DNA from: a virus
Taxonomy: Duplodnaviria > Caudoviricetes
Reading direction: 5' to 3' (one strand)
IMG/VR virus record: IMGVR_UViG_3300048599_000915
Location: 1 to 39,156 of that record
Length of the DNA stretch: 39,156 nucleotides
How positions within the stretch are numbered: position 1 is the stretch's first letter; the number at the start of each line of letters is the position of its first letter. The position numbers were made by a program, and so were the translations under genes. The notes beneath the pieces were generated by a model. It searched no databases. It was not told the origin of the DNA and saw only the letters and a program-made list of their open reading frames with translations. Below, piece after piece: positions 35,295 through 39,156 of the stretch.

Positions 35295-35445
35295 GCCGCC
35301 CGAGAAACACGACACCGTACCAAGCGAGGTAGAGACCGAGCGGCAGGAACTTGGCGTCTCGGTAGACCGCCTCCATCACGGGGTCGCGAAGGGGCGGCGG
35401 GCATCCAGTGCGGCGCCGTCGAATTTCGCCGTCCGTGGTGTGCAC
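35203..35445 (-). CDS. Possible small membrane protein (up to 80 aa)
   Basis: TAGTG coupling to the lipoprotein stop; FLPLGLYLAWYGVVFLGRLI TM segment; overlaps the 3' end of the ejection gene. Confidence 0.45.
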   Translation of the reverse strand: MHTTDGEIRRRRTGCPPPLRDPVMEAVYRDAKFLPLGLYLAWYGVVFLGRLIARTAWTIGWHWRRRRFLRAHALKGPGRG

Positions 35446-35711
35446 TAGAACAGCGGCCCCGTGCATTTCCCGCCGATCATCTCCCCGTGGCAGGTCGGGT
35501 GGGTCGCTGACTTCGGAATGATCGTGCCATGGCAGACGCTGTTGACCACGGCCCCCACGCACTCGTCGGCGCGATAGACCGTCTGGCCGGCCTGTGGCGC
35601 AACGGTGTCCACCGGCTCCAGAGCTGACATCGCCTTGTAGGCCTTCGCGTACTCGGTACAGCCGCCCACTCCGAGCGAGAGCAGGATGGCGCCGATCACA
35701 ATCCGCTGCAT
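35445..35711 (-). CDS. Cys-rich lipoprotein (88 aa), candidate superinfection exclusion
   Basis: MQRIVIGAILLSLGVGG-C lipobox; GGAGGG SD; four further Cys; antisense to the late operon. Confidence 0.75.
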   Translation of the reverse strand: MQRIVIGAILLSLGVGGCTEYAKAYKAMSALEPVDTVAPQAGQTVYRADECVGAVVNSVCHGTIIPKSATHPTCHGEMIGGKCTGPLF

Positions 35712-35901
35712 GAGCCCCTCCAAGGCTGGCGAAGATGCATGACGTCGCCGCCGCGCACAACCTGCGGGACATGCCTGGAAGCCACTGAAGTGGGGTGACT
35801 TTCCCCAAGGGGGGACCCTGAGCCCAGCACCTCCAGTCCGAGAGAGACAGAAGGCCTATCGGGCTGACACCTGCATCAATCCGGTCGAGATCGTCCGCGC
35901 C

Positions 35902-36255
35902 TTGGTCGACGAGCGGGATCGCCTTCGGGCCGAGATCGAGGTCCTAAAGCTTCGCCTGGAAGCGCTAGGGCACGGTGACCTGACCGACGTGTCGGCGCTC
36001 ATCGAGCTGCGGCTCAATCGGCAAGAGGCCACCCTCTATGAGCTACTGCTCGCCGCGTCGCCGAGAGCCATCGGCCGGTACGCCATCGAGGCCGCGCTGC
36101 CGCGTCGAGAACACACGACAGACCGGCAGTCTCAGCTCGTCGACGTACTGATATCGAAGCTTCGCCGGAAGCTCGGCTCCGACGCGATCGAGACGGTGCC
36201 AGGGGTGGGCTGGCGCATCAATCCGATCTGGAAAGCCGAGGGACCAACCACATGA
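35902..36255 (+). CDS. OmpR/CtrA-type winged-helix DNA-binding protein without receiver domain
   Basis: LNRQEATLYELL...LVDVLISKLRRKLG..AIETVPGVGWRI; N-terminal coiled coil; start uncertain (possible CTG at 35818). Confidence 0.85.
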   Translation: MVDERDRLRAEIEVLKLRLEALGHGDLTDVSALIELRLNRQEATLYELLLAASPRAIGRYAIEAALPRREHTTDRQSQLVDVLISKLRRKLGSDAIETVPGVGWRINPIWKAEGPTT

Positions 36256-36350
36256 ACGATGCCGCTTGGGTCGTGGCGATCCTGTTTGGACTGGTCGTTG
36301 CCATCCTGCTCATGCGCGCGGCGTTCCGCATGGATCAAGGGGAACACTGA
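36252..36350 (+). CDS. 32-aa single-TM peptide, holin/antiholin candidate
   Basis: MNDAAWVVAILFGLVVAILLMRAAFRMDQGEH; ATGA and TGATG coupling; directly upstream of the endolysin. Confidence 0.6.
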   Translation: MNDAAWVVAILFGLVVAILLMRAAFRMDQGEH

Positions 36351-36847
36351 TGAACGACCAGCAAAAAGCCGTTGGGGCCGTCGCGGCGGCGCTGGCGGCC
36401 TGCGCTCTCGCCATGCCGGTGATCACCCACAACGAGGGGCTGGTCCTGCGGGGCTATCGCGATCCCATTGGCGTCGCGACATCTTGCTGGGGTCACACCG
36501 GGCCAGAGGTCGAGGTCGGCAAGGTATACACCTTGGAGCAGTGCCAGACGCTCCTGGCGAAGGATGCCGTCGCGCATGGGCTTGATATCGGCAACTGCCT
36601 GCCGGCCGAGCTGCCGGTGAAAACGCGCGCCGCCTTCATCTCGTTCGGCTTCAACGTCGGGGCGGTCAGCTTCTGCCGCTCGACCTTGGCCGCCAAGGCA
36701 AAGGCCGGCGACCTCGTCGGCGCCTGCAACGAACTGCCCCGCTGGGTGAACGCCGGCGGCAAGAAGCTCCCCGGCCTGGTTAAGCGGCGCGACCAGGAGA
36801 AGGCCTTGTGCCTCGAAGGCGTCGCCGAACGGGGGAATGTCGCATGA
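36350..36847 (+). CDS. SAR endolysin (GH24 lysozyme)
   Basis: Ala-rich N-terminal SAR segment; E-x8-D-x5-T triad (EGLVLRGYRDPIGVAT); FNVG; GLVKRR..E. Confidence 0.92.
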   Translation: MNDQQKAVGAVAAALAACALAMPVITHNEGLVLRGYRDPIGVATSCWGHTGPEVEVGKVYTLEQCQTLLAKDAVAHGLDIGNCLPAELPVKTRAAFISFGFNVGAVSFCRSTLAAKAKAGDLVGACNELPRWVNAGGKKLPGLVKRRDQEKALCLEGVAERGNVA

Positions 36848-37275
36848 TCGAGTGGCTTGCAGGCGTCTCGCTGAAGACGAAACTGGCTGCGGCCGGACTG
36901 GGCGCCGGGGCGATGTTCGTCGTCCTGCTGCTGATCGTCCTGCCAATGTGGGGGCAGTTGAGCGCCACTGAGCGGCAACTCGACGCCGCGGGCAAAAAGC
37001 TGACGGCGACCACAGCAGAGCTGACCCAGTGCAAGGCGAACCGCCTCACCCTGCAGGACGGGATCGCCAGCGCGAACGCCGAAGTGGAACGCCAGCGCCA
37101 GGCGGGCGAGGTCGCTGCCGCTGAAGGCGACCGCAAGCTGCAAGAGGCCTTGAAGCTTGCGCAGACCTACAAGAATCGTGCGGACAAGATCGCGCGCGCC
37201 AAACCGTCCAGCCCTGACCAGTGCGTCGCGGCTCAGAGCCTGATCGTAACCACCCTGTCGGAGGAGCGCCAATGA
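36844..37275 (+). CDS. Inner-membrane spanin (Rz-like)
   Basis: N-terminal TM, coiled coil, C-terminal Cys; follows the endolysin. Confidence 0.8.
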   Translation: MIEWLAGVSLKTKLAAAGLGAGAMFVVLLLIVLPMWGQLSATERQLDAAGKKLTATTAELTQCKANRLTLQDGIASANAEVERQRQAGEVAAAEGDRKLQEALKLAQTYKNRADKIARAKPSSPDQCVAAQSLIVTTLSEERQ

Positions 37276-37538
37276 AGCGGCTTGTCATCGTCGCAGCGCT
37301 GGCGCTCGCCGGCTGCGCCAGCAAAGCCCCGCCTGAGCCCATAATCCGCACAGTCGAGATCAAGGTTCCGGTGCGTACGCCGTGCACACCGGCGCCAGTT
37401 CCGGCGCCTACCTACACGGCCGATACGGTTGATCTGGCGTCGAACATCTTCGAACTCGTCCGCGCCCTTCTTGTCGATAGAGAGGAGCGAAAGGCCACAG
37501 AGACAAAGCTTCGCGGTGCTATAGCATCGTGTGGCTGA
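37272..37538 (+). CDS. Outer-membrane spanin lipoprotein (Rz1-like, separated architecture)
   Basis: MKRLVIVAALALAG-C lipobox; Pro-rich; terminal Cys. Confidence 0.85.
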   Translation: MKRLVIVAALALAGCASKAPPEPIIRTVEIKVPVRTPCTPAPVPAPTYTADTVDLASNIFELVRALLVDREERKATETKLRGAIASCG

Positions 37539-37589
37539 TTAACGCCGCAAAATGGCCTCACAACCTTAGTGCCGGGGGATGCGTTTTCG

Positions 37590-37877
37590 ATGGGTGAGCC
37601 GACTTTGGGAGAGCGCATGGCTAAGGCCGAAGCCTGGATCGAGGGGCACGAGGAGCTTTGCGCCGAGCGCTTCAAGGGCATCCTCCAAGCCGTCTCCGAT
37701 TTGAAGGACACCGTCACCGCCCAGAAGCGCGGCATCAACAAGGCCGTCTGGCTCGGCGCGACTATGGTGATCAGCCTGTTGGGGTGGATGGGCGCTCAGC
37801 TCGTCACAACGTACCAGCGGGACATTCACCAACTGCAGCAGCCGCCGGCCGCGATCTACGCCAGCCCCGCCACCTGA
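37590..37877 (+). CDS. Coiled-coil plus TM protein (XhlA/holin-like)
   Basis: IEGHEELCAERF coiled coil then AVWLGATMVISLLGWMG TM segment. Confidence 0.65.
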   Translation: MGEPTLGERMAKAEAWIEGHEELCAERFKGILQAVSDLKDTVTAQKRGINKAVWLGATMVISLLGWMGAQLVTTYQRDIHQLQQPPAAIYASPAT

Positions 37878-37904
37878 CCGCCGATAAACGATATCGCTTA
37901 TCAG

Positions 37905-37941
37905 CGCCCGCCCGGCCACCGCCGCGGCGGGCGTTTTCGTT
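37905..37941 (+). terminator. Intrinsic terminator between the late operon and the convergent integrase
   Basis: CGCCCGCC-CGGC-cacc-GCCG-C-GGCGGGCG-TTTTCGTT. Confidence 0.8.
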
Positions 37942-39156
37942 TCAGCCCCTCCCCTGCATCTGCAGCACCTTCCCGCCGGCGGGTCGAGCCAAGAAGCCCG
38001 CCCACGCCTCCATCATCTTCCGCCGCTTCTCGATGGCGGTCCCGCGGCGGTAGGCGCGCTCGACCTCGTCACCGACCTTGTGGGCCAGCGCCATCTCGGC
38101 CAGGTCCCGCGGGAAGTTCGTCGTCTCGCCCGCCCAGTCCCTGAACGAGCTTCTGAACCCGTGGGTGGTGATCTCGTCGTGGCCCATGCGCCGAAGCAGC
38201 ATCTCCATCCCCATGTTCGAGATCGGCCGCCCGGCCTTCATGCCGGGGAAAATGTAGTCGGTGGGCCGGGTGTCTTCGTGATGAAGACGCTCCAGGATCT
38301 CCATGGCGCGGGGGACCAGCGGCACGATGTGCTCCACCCCGCCCTTCATCCGCTCGCCGGGGATGATCCAGAGCTTCTGCTCGAAGTCGATTTCGGACCA
38401 CGGCGCCAACAAGGTCTCGCTCTGCCGGGCGGCAGTCAGGATTGTGAACTCCAAGGCCCTGGCGGTGACCGCGATCCGGGCGCGCAGCTGCACCATGAAC
38501 GATGGCGCCTCTCGAAACGGCATGGCTGCCAGGTGGCCGCGCGTCAGCCGCTTGCGGGGCGGCAAGAGCAGAGCGAGGTGGCCACGCCAGCGGGCGGGAT
38601 TGTCGCCGGAGCGGTGGCCCATGGCCTTGGCGCCGTCCAGCACGCGCTCGATGCGGCCGCGGGTGCGCGACGCAGTCTCTGGGACCGTGGTCCAAAGCGG
38701 CTTCAGTACGGACAGCACGTCTTCGGTGTCGATCGCGCCCACCGGGATCTTGCGAAGGGGCTTGGCGTGGACCTCCAGCGACTGCTTCCACTGGTACTTG
38801 TGCTTGTCGCTCTTCCAGCTCGGCTCCAGGTCCGCGAGGAGCTGATCGGCCACGTCGCCGAAGGTCACGGTCTCGGGCGCCGCCTTCCGCCGCTTCCGCT
38901 CCTCGATAGGATTGACGCCGGCGTGGGCGAGCTTGCGGGCCTTCTCCGCCTCCAGCCTGGCGTCCTTCAGGTCAAGGACGGCGACGCCGCCGAGCCCCAT
39001 CTCCTTTCGCACGCCCTTCAGCTTGAAGACGAACACCCAGCGTTTGGCCCCGGAAGCATCCACCTGCAGGTAGAGGCCGCCGCCATCGGCGTGGCGGCCC
39101 GGCTCCTTGGTGGTGGTGACGAAGCGGGCCGAGAGCCGGTTGACCTGGCGGGCCAT
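37942..39156 (-). CDS. int: Tyrosine integrase, P4-like with Arm-DNA-binding N-terminal domain
   Basis: GRHADGGGLYLQV; catalytic R (TAARQSE), K (RMKGG), HGFR, LAH, Y (RAYRR). Confidence 0.97.
   Translation of the reverse strand: MARQVNRLSARFVTTTKEPGRHADGGGLYLQVDASGAKRWVFVFKLKGVRKEMGLGGVAVLDLKDARLEAEKARKLAHAGVNPIEERKRRKAAPETVTFGDVADQLLADLEPSWKSDKHKYQWKQSLEVHAKPLRKIPVGAIDTEDVLSVLKPLWTTVPETASRTRGRIERVLDGAKAMGHRSGDNPARWRGHLALLLPPRKRLTRGHLAAMPFREAPSFMVQLRARIAVTARALEFTILTAARQSETLLAPWSEIDFEQKLWIIPGERMKGGVEHIVPLVPRAMEILERLHHEDTRPTDYIFPGMKAGRPISNMGMEMLLRRMGHDEITTHGFRSSFRDWAGETTNFPRDLAEMALAHKVGDEVERAYRRGTAIEKRRKMMEAWAGFLARPAGGKVLQMQGRG

Larger units (their letters stand above)
1..39156. mobile_element. 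Temperate podovirus-like prophage or phage genome (P22/lambdoid organisation), near complete
   Basis: Ordered modules: early left operon, cI/cro, replication, terS/terL, portal, scaffold, capsid, tail/ejection proteins, lysis, tyrosine integrase. No tape-measure or sheath gene recognised. Confidence 0.95.

Noticed and set aside
37539-37553. Possible CtrA box TTAA-N7-TTAA
   Set aside because: Only one TTAA half; the second half reads AAAT

Overview
The window is essentially one temperate, P22/lambdoid-organised podovirus-type (pro)phage with high GC content. The host is probably an alphaproteobacterium (Caulobacteraceae-like; this is inference). Layout from left to right: a leftward early operon of mostly hypothetical genes, including a ParB-like gene and a stand-alone degenerate S24 domain (1-5723); an immunity switch (cI 5788-6501, cro 6593-6793) with GTCGCATnnATGCGAC operators on both sides; CII-like, initiator (internal iterons) and loader genes; a Gp49-family/RyR cluster that may be anti-defence; a late regulator; a structured non-coding stretch with a degenerate tRNA; and an antisense, self-contained 'promoter - 20-aa peptide - 18-bp hairpin - XRE' module. 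These are followed by terminase, portal, scaffold and capsid genes with an interleaved SAM methyltransferase and GT2 glycosyltransferase, then tail, fibre and ejection proteins, an antisense membrane/lipoprotein moron, a CtrA/OmpR-like winged-helix gene, a SAR-endolysin/spanin lysis cassette and a P4-type tyrosine integrase (37942-39156). The best candidates for novel biology are the peptide-hairpin-XRE module, a 4 x 27-bp repeat carrying repressor half-sites inside the ParB-like gene, the putative nucleotide-sponge cluster and a possible virion glycosylation system. All family assignments come from motif recognition by eye, not from database searches.
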